64,000 nucleotides of DNA, taken from assembly GCA_964606895.1 (NCBI GenBank), contig CAZSHX010000004.1, positions 26,789 to 90,788 of the forward strand. The letters run 5' to 3'. The notes beneath the pieces are model-generated. The model searched no databases and was not told where the DNA came from. It worked only from the letters and a program-made list of their open reading frames with translations. Position numbers and translations under genes: made by a program. The stretch comes from an uncultured Hyphomicrobiales bacterium. Its GTDB lineage: Bacteria > Bacteroidota > Ignavibacteria > Kapaibacteriales > UBA2268. Positions 19,128-28,692 of the stretch are shown one piece after another. Each line of letters starts with the position of its first letter. Within the stretch, counting starts at the first letter, position 1.

Positions 19128-20930
19128 ATGGAACAATTTAGAAATTTTTGCATTATTGCACATATAGACCACGGGAAATCAACTCTCGCCGATAGAATGC
19201 TTGAACTGACGGGAAGAGTTACCGAGAGAGAAATGACAATGAATCAAATTCTCGACGATAATCCTTTGGAACAGGAACGCGGCATCACTATTAAACTTCA
19301 TGCCATCCAAATGGATTATACAGCCAGGAACGGCGAAAACTATACTCTCAATTTGATTGATACTCCCGGGCATGTTGATTTCACTTATGAAGTGTCACGT
19401 TCTCTTGCCGCATGCGAAGGTGCAATTCTTGTTGTTGATGCTACTCAGGGAGTGGAAGCCCAAACAATCAGCAATCTTTATCTTGCTCTTGATGCGAACA
19501 TTGAGATTATTCCTGTTATCAACAAAATTGATTTGCCAAGTGCTCAAACAACTGTTGACGGTGTTACCCAGCAGATTATGGACCTCATCGGCTGTAAAAA
19601 AGAAGAGATTGTTTATTGTTCTGCCAAGCAGGGTATCGGCATTCAGGATATCCTTGAAAGAATTGTCGAAAAAGTTCCTCCTCCTGCCGGCGACCCTGAA
19701 GCCCCTTTAAGAGCTTTGATTTATGATTCTATTTTCGATTCTTACCGAGGTGTAATTGTCAACGTAAGAGTTCTTGACGGAGTATTAAAGGAAAAAGATA
19801 AAATTCTTTTCATGGCTCACGGCATGACTTACGACGTTGAGGAAGTTGGCGTTCTGTATATGAAACGTCAGCGTACAGGGGAACTTTCTGCCGGAAATGT
19901 TGGTTACTTTACTGCGAATATACGTAGTCTGCAGGATACTAAAGTCGGCGATACTGTTACTACTTTCCACAGACCTTGCGAAACTGCAATCGGAGGTTTT
20001 AAAATCGTTAAGCCAATGGTTTTCAGTGGTATCTATCCTGCAAATGCAGATGATTTTGAGCAACTTCGCGAATCTTTGGCAAAACTTCTACTTAACGATT
20101 CGGCAATCACCTACGAGCCTGAATCTTCTACTGCTCTTGGTTTCGGATTTCGTTGCGGATACCTTGGATTGCTCCACATGGAAATCGTTCAGGAAAGGCT
20201 CGAAAGAGAATTTAACCAGAATATTGTCACCACCGTTCCTAACGTTCGGTATAAAATTGTAAAAACAAACGGTGATGAGTTTTTCATCGAGAATCCTGCT
20301 CAGTTGCCGCCAACTGTTCAGGTGAGCGAGATTCAGGAACCTTTTATCAAAGCTCAGATTATAGCTCCCACTGAATACATCGGTGTAATTATGAAACTAT
20401 GTCTTGACCGAAGGGGAATTGTAAAGAACACAATGTATCTTTCAGCCGAAAGAGTGGATTTGTGTTATGAATTGCCGCTCTCAGAAGTTATTTTCGATTT
20501 TTATGATAAACTGAAATCCGCCACACGAGGCTATGCTTCGCTTGATTATGAAATTATTGAATATCGTGCCGAAGACCTTGAGAAACTTGATATTTTAATC
20601 AACGGCGAACCCGTAGATGCCCTTTCTTCAATCGTCCATAAATCGAAATCATTCCATTGGGGTCAGAAACTTTGCTCAAAGCTGAAAGAACTTATCCCGC
20701 GTCAAATGTTTGAAGTTGCAATCCAAGCCGCTATCGGTGCACGAATTGTATCCAGAACCAATGTTCAGGCTATGAGGAAAAACGTGCTTGCCAAATGCTA
20801 TGGCGGTGATATTTCCAGAAAGAGAAAACTTCTTGAAAAACAAAAAGAGGGCAAAAAGCGAATGAAACAGGTTGGCAGAGTTGAGATTCCTCAGGAAGCA
20901 TTCCTTGCAGTTCTATCAATTGATGATTAA
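19128..20930 (+). CDS. lepA: Translation elongation factor 4 (LepA)
   Basis: FCIIAHIDHGKSTLADRMLELTG (G1 motif), DTPGHVDF, NKIDL. The length and the C-terminal LepA-specific domain (GKKRMKQVGRVEIPQEAF) match. Confidence 0.95.
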   Translation: MEQFRNFCIIAHIDHGKSTLADRMLELTGRVTEREMTMNQILDDNPLEQERGITIKLHAIQMDYTARNGENYTLNLIDTPGHVDFTYEVSRSLAACEGAILVVDATQGVEAQTISNLYLALDANIEIIPVINKIDLPSAQTTVDGVTQQIMDLIGCKKEEIVYCSAKQGIGIQDILERIVEKVPPPAGDPEAPLRALIYDSIFDSYRGVIVNVRVLDGVLKEKDKILFMAHGMTYDVEEVGVLYMKRQRTGELSAGNVGYFTANIRSLQDTKVGDTVTTFHRPCETAIGGFKIVKPMVFSGIYPANADDFEQLRESLAKLLLNDSAITYEPESSTALGFGFRCGYLGLLHMEIVQERLEREFNQNIVTTVPNVRYKIVKTNGDEFFIENPAQLPPTVQVSEIQEPFIKAQIIAPTEYIGVIMKLCLDRRGIVKNTMYLSAERVDLCYELPLSEVIFDFYDKLKSATRGYASLDYEIIEYRAEDLEKLDILINGEPVDALSSIVHKSKSFHWGQKLCSKLKELIPRQMFEVAIQAAIGARIVSRTNVQAMRKNVLAKCYGGDISRKRKLLEKQKEGKKRMKQVGRVEIPQEAFLAVLSIDD

Positions 20931-21529
20931 TGTGACCTTACGGTAAACAGCAAAACAACAACCAATGCCGCTGTCGAGATTACAATGAACGGCTCGGCAA
21001 GCTGGCGAAAGAATGATTTCGGCGGAACTGGAACCGGAGAATTCGCAAAATCATGCTGTGCACTTTGCACAAAAGGTAAATCATTAACAGAAATTTTGTC
21101 TTTCAAAGAGGAAGAATATTCCGGCAATGGAATAATTTTTCCGTCTTTGGTTGTTAATATTCCCGAAATGCTTACGTTTATTATTCTTATAAGCGTATCA
21201 TTATCGTCAGGATAAATCTCGTAAGCCACTCCGCAATCCTTAATTGCAATTTCCATAAAAGGTAAGCCCGAATCTTTAATCTTCAGTCCTGCTTTTCTGT
21301 TTTCGGCTGACTTAGAGATTTCTTCACGGACAAGCCAAGCGGCAGGATGCCTGTTAAATTCAATCCTGAATGTGTCGTTATCCGATTGCCTGGCACTTCC
21401 AATAATTAGGTTGGAAGCCGATTTGACCAGCGAGTCAATTAAATCATAATTGCTTTTTGGAATTGCAACAGCGAAAATCCATGAGCAGAAAAAAACAAAT
21501 CCGGAAAATATGAATCTTCTTTTAGTCAT
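20927..21529 (-). CDS. Hypothetical exported protein with a C-terminal membrane anchor
   Basis: 200 aa. N-terminal hydrophobic signal, C-terminal TM (FIVISTAALVVVLLFTV). No recognisable domain. Its stop overlaps the lepA stop by 4 bp; the genes converge. Confidence 0.4.
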   Translation of the reverse strand: MTKRRFIFSGFVFFCSWIFAVAIPKSNYDLIDSLVKSASNLIIGSARQSDNDTFRIEFNRHPAAWLVREEISKSAENRKAGLKIKDSGLPFMEIAIKDCGVAYEIYPDDNDTLIRIINVSISGILTTKDGKIIPLPEYSSSLKDKISVNDLPFVQSAQHDFANSPVPVPPKSFFRQLAEPFIVISTAALVVVLLFTVRSH

Positions 21530-21541
21530 TTAACAGCATCT

Positions 21542-22033
21542 TTACTTGTTTAATGCTCTTTTTAAAATCACAATTGATGTCAGGAGTTCATTTTCATTCA
21601 GGTAGCTTGTCGGTCTGATGCGGATAATTCTTCTTCTGCCGGCAACTCTTAGTTTGATAAGTCTGAAGGAACTTTTTACATTTATTATTCTTTCCCTTCC
21701 CAAAGCTATCCTTTGGATTTCATGCAGTCCATATTTTTTTTCTTTGAAACGGGATTTGAAAATAATGAAATCCTTGCCAACGATAATTGATGCTTTTTTA
21801 TAATAATCCACCATTAAGCTGATACCCGTAACCACTATAAACAGTGCCAGCAGAATAACCACAGGGTCTTTGAAAGTAATCGTCAGTGTTCCTTCGTCAA
21901 TCGAACCTTTCAGGAAACTATAGAGCAAAAAGGCTATAAAGTAAGCGACGATGAACTGCCAGTAAAAATCAAGCCTGCGAAAAAACTCTTCATGCCTTGG
22001 CTTGGTTTCGGTTTTTGAATGTGGTGCTTGCAT
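21542..22033 (-). CDS. Small membrane protein, possibly of the bacterial PH-domain (YdbS/DUF304-like) type
   Basis: 163 aa. Two N-terminal TM helices, then a basic soluble domain (RIALGRERIINVKSSFRLIKLRVAGRRRIIRIR). Confidence 0.3.
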   Translation of the reverse strand: MQAPHSKTETKPRHEEFFRRLDFYWQFIVAYFIAFLLYSFLKGSIDEGTLTITFKDPVVILLALFIVVTGISLMVDYYKKASIIVGKDFIIFKSRFKEKKYGLHEIQRIALGRERIINVKSSFRLIKLRVAGRRRIIRIRPTSYLNENELLTSIVILKRALNK

Positions 22034-22127
22034 AATCTTTTCGGGTTAATCAGAAAAATCATTAATAATTAATTCGATTTCTAAAACTCAAATTTAATAA
22101 AAATAATATCATTTATTCAAAATAAAT

Positions 22128-23228
22128 TTACAAAAGCCATTTTAATATTTCCATAGCAGTTTCCATTGCCGCATTTGGTTTCCCGAGTTCTTTTGCTGAA
22201 CTGCCTATCAGAGCAAGTTCCGCTGTATCAAACAGGTATTCGTTAAGCAAGTCGGGGAGCACTTCTTCAATCTCTGAATCGGCTACCATTATTGAAGCTC
22301 CTTTTTCCTGAAGCAGTAAAGCGTTGTGTTCCTGATGATTATTTGCCGCATTCGGAAATGGAACAAGTATTGAAGGTTTGCCCGTAACGCAAAGCTCTGC
22401 GATTGTCGTTGCACCGGAACGGGCAACAACCAAATCCGCAACAGAATAAGCCCCTGCCATATCATCAATAAAAGTCAATGCCTTTACATTTTCCGGCAAA
22501 TTCTCCGGAATTTCAAAGTTTTTGCCGGCTTGCCAAAGGAACTGAACTTTTCCGGAATCCATTCCGGCATAAGTTGTTTGCACAGCTTTATTTATAGAGC
22601 GGGCTCCAAGACTTCCACCAAAAACGAGTACTGTTCTTTTGCCGGGACTGAGTCCGAATTTTTTGAGAGAATTGGCTTTTGATACAGGATTTAAAATATC
22701 CTGCCTGACAGGATTACCAACAAATCTCAATCTGTTCTGCAAAGGATGGGGGAAGTATTCGTTGCTGTCCTCGAATGCGGTAAAAATCACTTCGGCTTTT
22801 GAAGATAGCATCCGAATGGTTTTCCCGGGGATTACGTTGGATTCCATCAGGAACAGCGGCACGCCTGCTTTGGCGGCGGCATTTCCAGCAGGATAGCTTA
22901 TATATGCTCCGGCACAAATTACTCCATCCGGTTTGAATTTTTTAATGATGGAACGGCAAATAGCAGTTGACCGCATTATTTTAATTGGCAAAAGCATTGT
23001 TTTCAGCGACAAAATGCCTCCAAAACCTGAAATCGGCAAATTATGAAGTTTATAGCCGAGATCGGGAACAACTCTGCCTTCGATTCTGTTCGAATTTCCA
23101 ACAAATTCGGCTTCATATTCGCCGTTTGTTAATTTCGATATTTGCTCCAAAACTGCAAGAGCAGGAAACAAATGCCCTCCGGTTCCTCCTGCGGCCACCA
23201 AAAGCCTGACTTTTCTGTTAATTACCAT
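22128..23228 (-). CDS. murG: Undecaprenyldiphospho-muramoylpentapeptide beta-N-acetylglucosaminyltransferase (MurG)
   Basis: LLVAAGGTGGHLFPALAV (N-terminal G-loop), VLVFGGSLGARSIN, ARSGATTIAELCVTGKPSILVPFP, HQEHNA. Confidence 0.85.
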   Translation of the reverse strand: MVINRKVRLLVAAGGTGGHLFPALAVLEQISKLTNGEYEAEFVGNSNRIEGRVVPDLGYKLHNLPISGFGGILSLKTMLLPIKIMRSTAICRSIIKKFKPDGVICAGAYISYPAGNAAAKAGVPLFLMESNVIPGKTIRMLSSKAEVIFTAFEDSNEYFPHPLQNRLRFVGNPVRQDILNPVSKANSLKKFGLSPGKRTVLVFGGSLGARSINKAVQTTYAGMDSGKVQFLWQAGKNFEIPENLPENVKALTFIDDMAGAYSVADLVVARSGATTIAELCVTGKPSILVPFPNAANNHQEHNALLLQEKGASIMVADSEIEEVLPDLLNEYLFDTAELALIGSSAKELGKPNAAMETAMEILKWLL

Positions 23229-23360
23229 ACTTTGTACCTGAAAATCTAATTATTTTAAAAGATTCTAAACTCCAATTTGCAAGTTAACAAAATCCTGTCA
23301 TAAATTGTAACTTTGATAAATATTTTTTGATTTTCCGGAATGAATCTTTCTTTTAGTATT

Positions 23361-23989
23361 TCAAACCCTTACTTTGTAAATGAAATTCAGCATCAGTAAA
23401 TTTGGGGTATAGTCAAGATTGCTTCCGCCCAAAAGTGGTAATCCCGTTAAAAGTCTTCGGCTAATTGACACGGAATAATTATCATCTATCGTATAGTAAA
23501 AACTACAGCCAATATCCATTGAATTGTATTTATCGTTTGAGCTGAACAGCATCCAGCCAAAATGCAATGAAAATCTGAATGGAGTATTCACTTTCCCCAA
23601 ATAGAATTTGAGGACTGTAGAAATTCCCCATTGTCCATAATATTTATTTGTATATTTTATATAATTATTGTAAGCTTCGTCATCACTCTTTTTCTCAGAT
23701 ACCCAATAATGCCCGATAACCTCCAAAGCAAATTTATGAGATTTTGTGAAAGGTAATTCCAAACCATAATTTAATGCAGGACCAACAGAAAAGAGTGACT
23801 CCCAATGATCATAAGAACTACCTGTTGTCATCCCCAAACCTGTGATTGCAATTATATCCACACCACTCTTAACCCCAAGAACCGTATCTCTTTGTGTTGC
23901 CGTTGTACTGTCTTTCTCTATTGCAGAACAGCAGAAAGAAGAAAGCAGGAAGATAAGTATTAGGAATATTACTTTGCTTTTTTTCACTT
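23361..23989 (-). CDS. Secreted hypothetical protein, paralog 1 of a tandem family
   Basis: The likely start is GTG at 23989 (VKKSKVIFLILIFLLSSFCCSAIEKDSTTATQRDTV), matching the N-termini of the two upstream paralogs. The ORF-track start at 24041 overlaps paralog 2 and is probably over-extended. Confidence 0.55.
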
Positions 23990-23994
23990 TTTCC

Positions 23995-24690
23995 TTATGG
24001 TAAGAAATTAAAATTATAACCCAATGAAACAAGAATGACATTTGTTGAATAAGTAGTTACGTCAGGATCTATCTTTGCTGAATTACTGACAAAGCTATAA
24101 GATGAATTTAAATATAAATTTCCATATAATTTCAAAGTAAAGCCAAAACCGCCTTCTAACATAAAAGGAGGCAATGAGCCAAACTTTATAAAAGGATAAA
24201 GAATACCTCCAAAATCTATCGGGTAATATTTACACACAATTGAATGAAGCGATCTGATGGAAGGGTCGCTGTTAATTTTAACAACATAAGTATAGTATAA
24301 GAACTCAAAACCAAGCATTCGTTTTCCATGATTTTTAACAAATAGTTCCAAACTACAATTATAAAACTCAGCATTATTTTGAGGAAAGAAATAACCTTGT
24401 CCATTAACTTGGTCGTTAAAATGCCACCCGCCGCCAATGTTTATTACCAAATGACTAAGAAAGGACAAACTTCGTAACTTATTTTTGGAAACTGAAGTAT
24501 CAAAAGGATCCCTTACTTTCTTCAACTTGGCACCCTTTTTTGTTCTCAAAAGCATTTTTTCGGAATCCTTCTTAACCGCAGGAACCGTATCTCTTTGTAA
24601 TGCCGCTGTACTGTCTTTCTCAACTCCAAAACAGCAGAAAGAAGAAAGCAGAAAGACAAGCATTAGGAATATTACTTTGCGTTTTTTCAC
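23995..24690 (-). CDS. Secreted hypothetical protein, paralog 2 (intact)
   Basis: 231 aa. MKKRKVIFLMLVFLLSSFCCFGVEKDSTAALQRDTV signal, RTKKGAKLKKVRDPFDT, GGGWHFNDQ, and a C-terminal ...LVSLGYNFNFLP. Confidence 0.6.
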   Translation of the reverse strand: MKKRKVIFLMLVFLLSSFCCFGVEKDSTAALQRDTVPAVKKDSEKMLLRTKKGAKLKKVRDPFDTSVSKNKLRSLSFLSHLVINIGGGWHFNDQVNGQGYFFPQNNAEFYNCSLELFVKNHGKRMLGFEFLYYTYVVKINSDPSIRSLHSIVCKYYPIDFGGILYPFIKFGSLPPFMLEGGFGFTLKLYGNLYLNSSYSFVSNSAKIDPDVTTYSTNVILVSLGYNFNFLP

Positions 24691-24697
24691 TTTTTCC

Positions 24698-25477
24698 CTA
24701 TGGTAAAAAATTTAAATTATAACCCAATGAAACAAGAAAGACGTTAGTTGAACAGCTTGGTGCATAAATATTCATCTTTACTGAATTTTCTATATAGTGA
24801 TATGAGGAATTAAGATATATATTTTTATATAATTTAAAAGTTAATCCGACTCCCCCTTCAAGTGTAAACGGGAGGATACCAAATTTAACATAAGGATAAC
24901 AATATCCTTTGAAATAATCGAAATAGTACTTAAAGGCAAACGAATAAAGTTCAGGGTTGGCATTTTCTGTGTGTAATGAATGATTATTCATGTCTTTAAA
25001 CCTTGTGTCGTTCGTATTTATATATCTAAATTATGAGAACTCTATTGCTAAGCCTCGTTTTAGCAATGAACCCAATAATATTTCTAAATTTATCATGTAA
25101 CAAAAATTGTCATTGTAAAGTAGAATATTGTTACCGGTATTTGGGATTTGGTCATTGAAATGCCAGCCACCGCCAAAGTTCAGTACCAAATGACTAAGTT
25201 CGGATAGACCAAATGACCTTTTTTTAAAAGTGGTATCAAAGGGATCACGAGAGGTCTTTTTTAAATAAGTAGTGTCAAAAGGATCCCTTACTTTCTTCAA
25301 CTTGGCACCCCTTTTTGTTCTCAAAAGCATTTTTTCAGAATCTTTCTTAACCGCAGTAGCCGTATCTTTTTGTGTTGACGCTGTACTGTCCTTCTCAACT
25401 GCAAAACAGCAGAAAGAAGAAAGCAGGAAGACAAAAGCAACAATGCTTAATGCAACTGTTTTTTGGCAATTTTTCAT
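24698..25477 (-). pseudogene. Paralog 3 of the same family, interrupted by a single in-frame TAA (25031..25033)
   Basis: ORFs 25031..25477 (the N-terminal part: signal, RTKRGAKLKKVRDPFDT, GGGWHFNDQ) and 24698..24991 (the C-terminal part: ...LVSLGYNLNFLP) are in the same frame. Read-through gives ...AIEFS*FRYINTNDTRFKDMNNHSLH..., which aligns with the EFLYYTYVVKINSDPS segment of paralog 2. Confidence 0.55.
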
Positions 25478-25749
25478 AGCGACACTTATTTATTGAGAAA
25501 TATATTTTTATTCAAACAAATTCTTTATTTAAAGTCAACTATCTTTTTTTATCCGTCTAATGAAATATTTCACTAATTTTTCGTCGTCATTTTTCCTAAA
25601 CACATATTACGAAAAAAACAATACTAATACAAATATTATTTTTGATTTTGGTCGTTGGAAGATTTTCTTCGGGTGTGGGATATTGATGTCTGAACTGGGA
25701 TTTCAGGGATTTTGGGGATTAAGAGGATTTAAGAGAAGTTATTCTTATC

Positions 25750-25782
25750 AGATGTCCTACATCTGGCAGATGTAGGACATCT
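25750..25782. repeat. Perfect 15-bp inverted repeat with a 3-nt spacer
   Basis: agatgtcctacatct-ggc-agatgtaggacatct. It sits in the roughly 900-bp intergenic region between the paralog array and ssb. Confidence 0.9.
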
Positions 25783-26389
25783 TTCCAATATATCCTTGAA
25801 AATCCGTGCAATCCTTTAATCCTAACATTGACAAGCCAAAACCAAAAATAGGATTTTGAAAATCGAATAAAAACTGACAAATAGGAAAAAAAATTAAAAT
25901 GGAACTTATAGCAGAACTTAATTCTATGAGGACAAATTAAATTTTTGCCAAATATTATTAATATTTTAATCGTAAGGTAGAATAATTCCCCCAGTTCTTT
26001 GTAAGGATTTGTACTGTCTTAGCATCAGATTTATTTTGATTCTTTAGTATAAACATTGTTTGTAATTAACAATGCGACACCATTCTGCCAAATCTCTTCA
26101 TTTACATATCAATGTCCTAAATGGCATTAATTTTATTTCAAAATTGTAACGAAAAACAGAAGGAATGTTGCATCATCAATTGATAAAGCAATTCCTGCCG
26201 AAGGCGGGCTCTCAAAATAGAAAAACCCTTCAGTTTTTTTACGAAAATGAATTTTCTTTTATCTTTTTAAAAGGAAATTCATTTTTTTCTTTTTTATTCA
26301 TTAACTTCTCATTATATTTACCATAGTTCCAGATAGTACTTTTGATTTGAATAATTGAAGTTTATTGATTTGTTGTGAGAGGGATTGAT

Positions 26390-26872
26390 ATGTCAAGGAC
26401 ATTGAATAAAGTAATGCTTATCGGCAACGTTGGAAAAGAGCCTGAATTGAAGTACACACCAAGTGGTATTCCTGTTACTTCATTCCGGTTGGTTACATCC
26501 GACGTTTGGAAGGACAGGGACGGTTCTCATCAGGAGTCTGCCGATTGGCACTCGGTTGTAGCGTGGCGTGGATTGGCTGAAATTATTAACAAACTTGTAA
26601 AAAAGGGCTCCCGTGTTTATATTGAAGGAAGACTTCGTTCAAGGTCATTCGAGGATAGAAGCGGGATGAAAAAACATGTCTGCGAAATTATTGCTGACAA
26701 TATGCTCCTTTTGGATTTACGAAAAGGATACAGAGAAGAAGGTGTTGATGAGTTCGAGAAACATCTCTCAGTCGAAGGACCTTTGGATTATAATTTGGAT
26801 TTGGATTCAAAATTTTCATCTTCATTCGACGATGAACTGAATTCAGATTTAAAATCTGACTTTAGTTTTTAG
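26390..26872 (+). CDS. ssb: Single-stranded DNA-binding protein
   Basis: MSRTLNKVMLIGNVGKEPELKYTPSGIPVTSFRLVTSD...WHSVVAWRGLAE is an OB fold. The acidic C-terminal tail ends ...DFSF. A GAGGG ribosome-binding site lies upstream of this ATG. The ORF track starts 15 nt earlier. Confidence 0.85.
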   Translation: MSRTLNKVMLIGNVGKEPELKYTPSGIPVTSFRLVTSDVWKDRDGSHQESADWHSVVAWRGLAEIINKLVKKGSRVYIEGRLRSRSFEDRSGMKKHVCEIIADNMLLLDLRKGYREEGVDEFEKHLSVEGPLDYNLDLDSKFSSSFDDELNSDLKSDFSF

Positions 26873-26966
26873 GAATTCATCGGTTTTCCCGATTTCTTTT
26901 GTCTTTTTTTGTAATTATTCTTAATTTGCAAAAGCCCTTTTCGGGCTTTTCGTTTATTTATTTATT

Positions 26967-27926
26967 TTGAAAAGTATTATGCAAAATCACAGAAAAAATG
27001 AGATAAAGGTTGGACTTGTTTCGCTTATGGCGATTATTCTTCTCATTATTGGTATTACTCTCGGTAGGGACTATAGTGTCTCGGTCTCTACTCAAACTAT
27101 TAAATTTCGTTTTCCGAATTCCGGTGGAATAACCTCTTCAAGCCCCGTTGTTGTTAATGGTGTAAAGCGAGGTTCCGTTTCTTTTGTAAAAAATGATAAA
27201 TCTTCCGTACTCATCGAAGCAACAATTGATGATATCAGTGACCTCAGGCAGGATGTATCTGCAAAAATAACAATTCTTGAGATTACCGGCGGAAAGAAAA
27301 TTGAAATTAATCCGGGTAGTAAAGGTGATGTCTTTAATGTCAAGAACGAAATTCCCGGTTTTACTTCCGCTGATTTATCCGATTTGGTTTCTATCGGCGG
27401 CGAGATGGTAGGCGATTTGAAAGTTCTTTTGAAAAAACTTGACACTATTTCTACATCATTAACCGGTTTACTCAAGGATGGAAAATTTACCGGACAGATT
27501 AAGCAAATTGTTACAAATGCTGATGTCCTGATATCTGATGCCAGGAATCTGCTCGAAAACAACAAAACCGGATTGAGTGCTTCTTTGAAAAACCTTAATG
27601 TGATTAGTGAAGATGTAAAAAATATGCTCAAGAAAGATGAACCTAAGATTGATGAATTGCTCGCAAAGCTTGACAAAGCACTTGTAACAGGTCAGTCTGT
27701 TCTCGGCAAGGCAGATGTCAGCCTTGAAACAGTTGACGTACTACTTAAGGATTTAAAAAGCATAACTAATGAAATTAAAACAGGTAATGGATTTGTTTCG
27801 AAACTGCTTTATGACAAAGGTACCGCTCAAAAACTTGATTCAACTCTGGCAGGCTTAAATGAGCTTGTAGCTTTTATCAAGCAAAACGGTGTGAATGTTA
27901 ATGTACGTCTTGGAACCAGACCTTAA
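26967..27926 (+). CDS. MCE/MlaD-family protein
   Basis: N-terminal TM (VGLVSLMAIILLIIGITLG), then an MCE domain (IKFRFPNSGGITSSSPVVVNGVKRGSV), then a long helical C-terminal region. Confidence 0.65.
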   Translation: MKSIMQNHRKNEIKVGLVSLMAIILLIIGITLGRDYSVSVSTQTIKFRFPNSGGITSSSPVVVNGVKRGSVSFVKNDKSSVLIEATIDDISDLRQDVSAKITILEITGGKKIEINPGSKGDVFNVKNEIPGFTSADLSDLVSIGGEMVGDLKVLLKKLDTISTSLTGLLKDGKFTGQIKQIVTNADVLISDARNLLENNKTGLSASLKNLNVISEDVKNMLKKDEPKIDELLAKLDKALVTGQSVLGKADVSLETVDVLLKDLKSITNEIKTGNGFVSKLLYDKGTAQKLDSTLAGLNELVAFIKQNGVNVNVRLGTRP

Positions 27927-27971
27927 TAAAAATTATTATGGTAAGAAATTTTTCTTAAAAAGGAAACAACT

Positions 27972-28640
27972 ATGTCCAGAATCCCAACTCAGATAGATGA
28001 AAAAACGATTGATTATATCAGAAACCTATTCGCCCCTGAAGATGATTTTCTGAAGGATTTATTGCACCAATCGCAGAGATTGAACTTTCCTCAAATTTCA
28101 ATTGCTCCCGAACAGGCGGTTTTTTTGCAGTTCTTGATTAAGGCTTCAGGTGCAAAAAATATTTTAGAAGTCGGTTCACTTTTCGGCTATTCAGCGATAT
28201 CTATGGCTCGTGCTTTGCCCAATGGCGGGAAGCTGATTGCAGTTGAAATAGATGAAAGATTTGCAAAGTTCATCAGGAAAAAAGCTTCAGAGGCTGGTCT
28301 ATCGGATAAAATTGAAGTCGTAAATGCAAATGCTGTCGAATTTCTTGAATCTTATTCTTCTGAAACTCTATTCGATTTCGTTTTTCTTGATGCGGACAAA
28401 ACAAATTATGTAAATTATCTGAATCTTGTAACTCCTTTGCTGAAAAAAGGCGGAATACTTGCCGCAGATAATGCTCTTGCTTTCGGATTTATTGCCGATG
28501 ATGAAATAGAAATTGATGAATCACGACTTAATGACATTAAAGCTATGAGAGAATTTAATTCATATCTTGCAAATCATAAAGCTTTTCTTTCGTCATTTGT
28601 AACTTTAGGCGATGGTATCGCTATGGGAGTTAAACTTTAA
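27972..28640 (+). CDS. Class I SAM-dependent O-methyltransferase (family 3, caffeoyl-CoA OMT-like)
   Basis: ILEVGSLFGYSAISMA (SAM-binding motif I), LIAVEIDE, FDFVFLDADKTNY, KKGGILAADNAL. Confidence 0.8.
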   Translation: MSRIPTQIDEKTIDYIRNLFAPEDDFLKDLLHQSQRLNFPQISIAPEQAVFLQFLIKASGAKNILEVGSLFGYSAISMARALPNGGKLIAVEIDERFAKFIRKKASEAGLSDKIEVVNANAVEFLESYSSETLFDFVFLDADKTNYVNYLNLVTPLLKKGGILAADNALAFGFIADDEIEIDESRLNDIKAMREFNSYLANHKAFLSSFVTLGDGIAMGVKL

Positions 28641-28692
28641 GGAACAACATGAGTCTTTTTACTTTTTGTAAAAACTTTGAAAAGATAGGAAT

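Noticed and set aside
20924-20930. A 4-bp overlap of the convergent stop codons of lepA and the 20927..21529 gene (TTAA) as a possible regulatory feature.
   Set aside because: Overlapping convergent stops are common in compact genomes. There is no associated structure or motif.
25560-25775. A 71-aa ORF in the long intergenic region.
   Set aside because: It has no ribosome-binding site and a low-complexity product, and it runs through the 15-bp palindrome. It is more likely non-coding.
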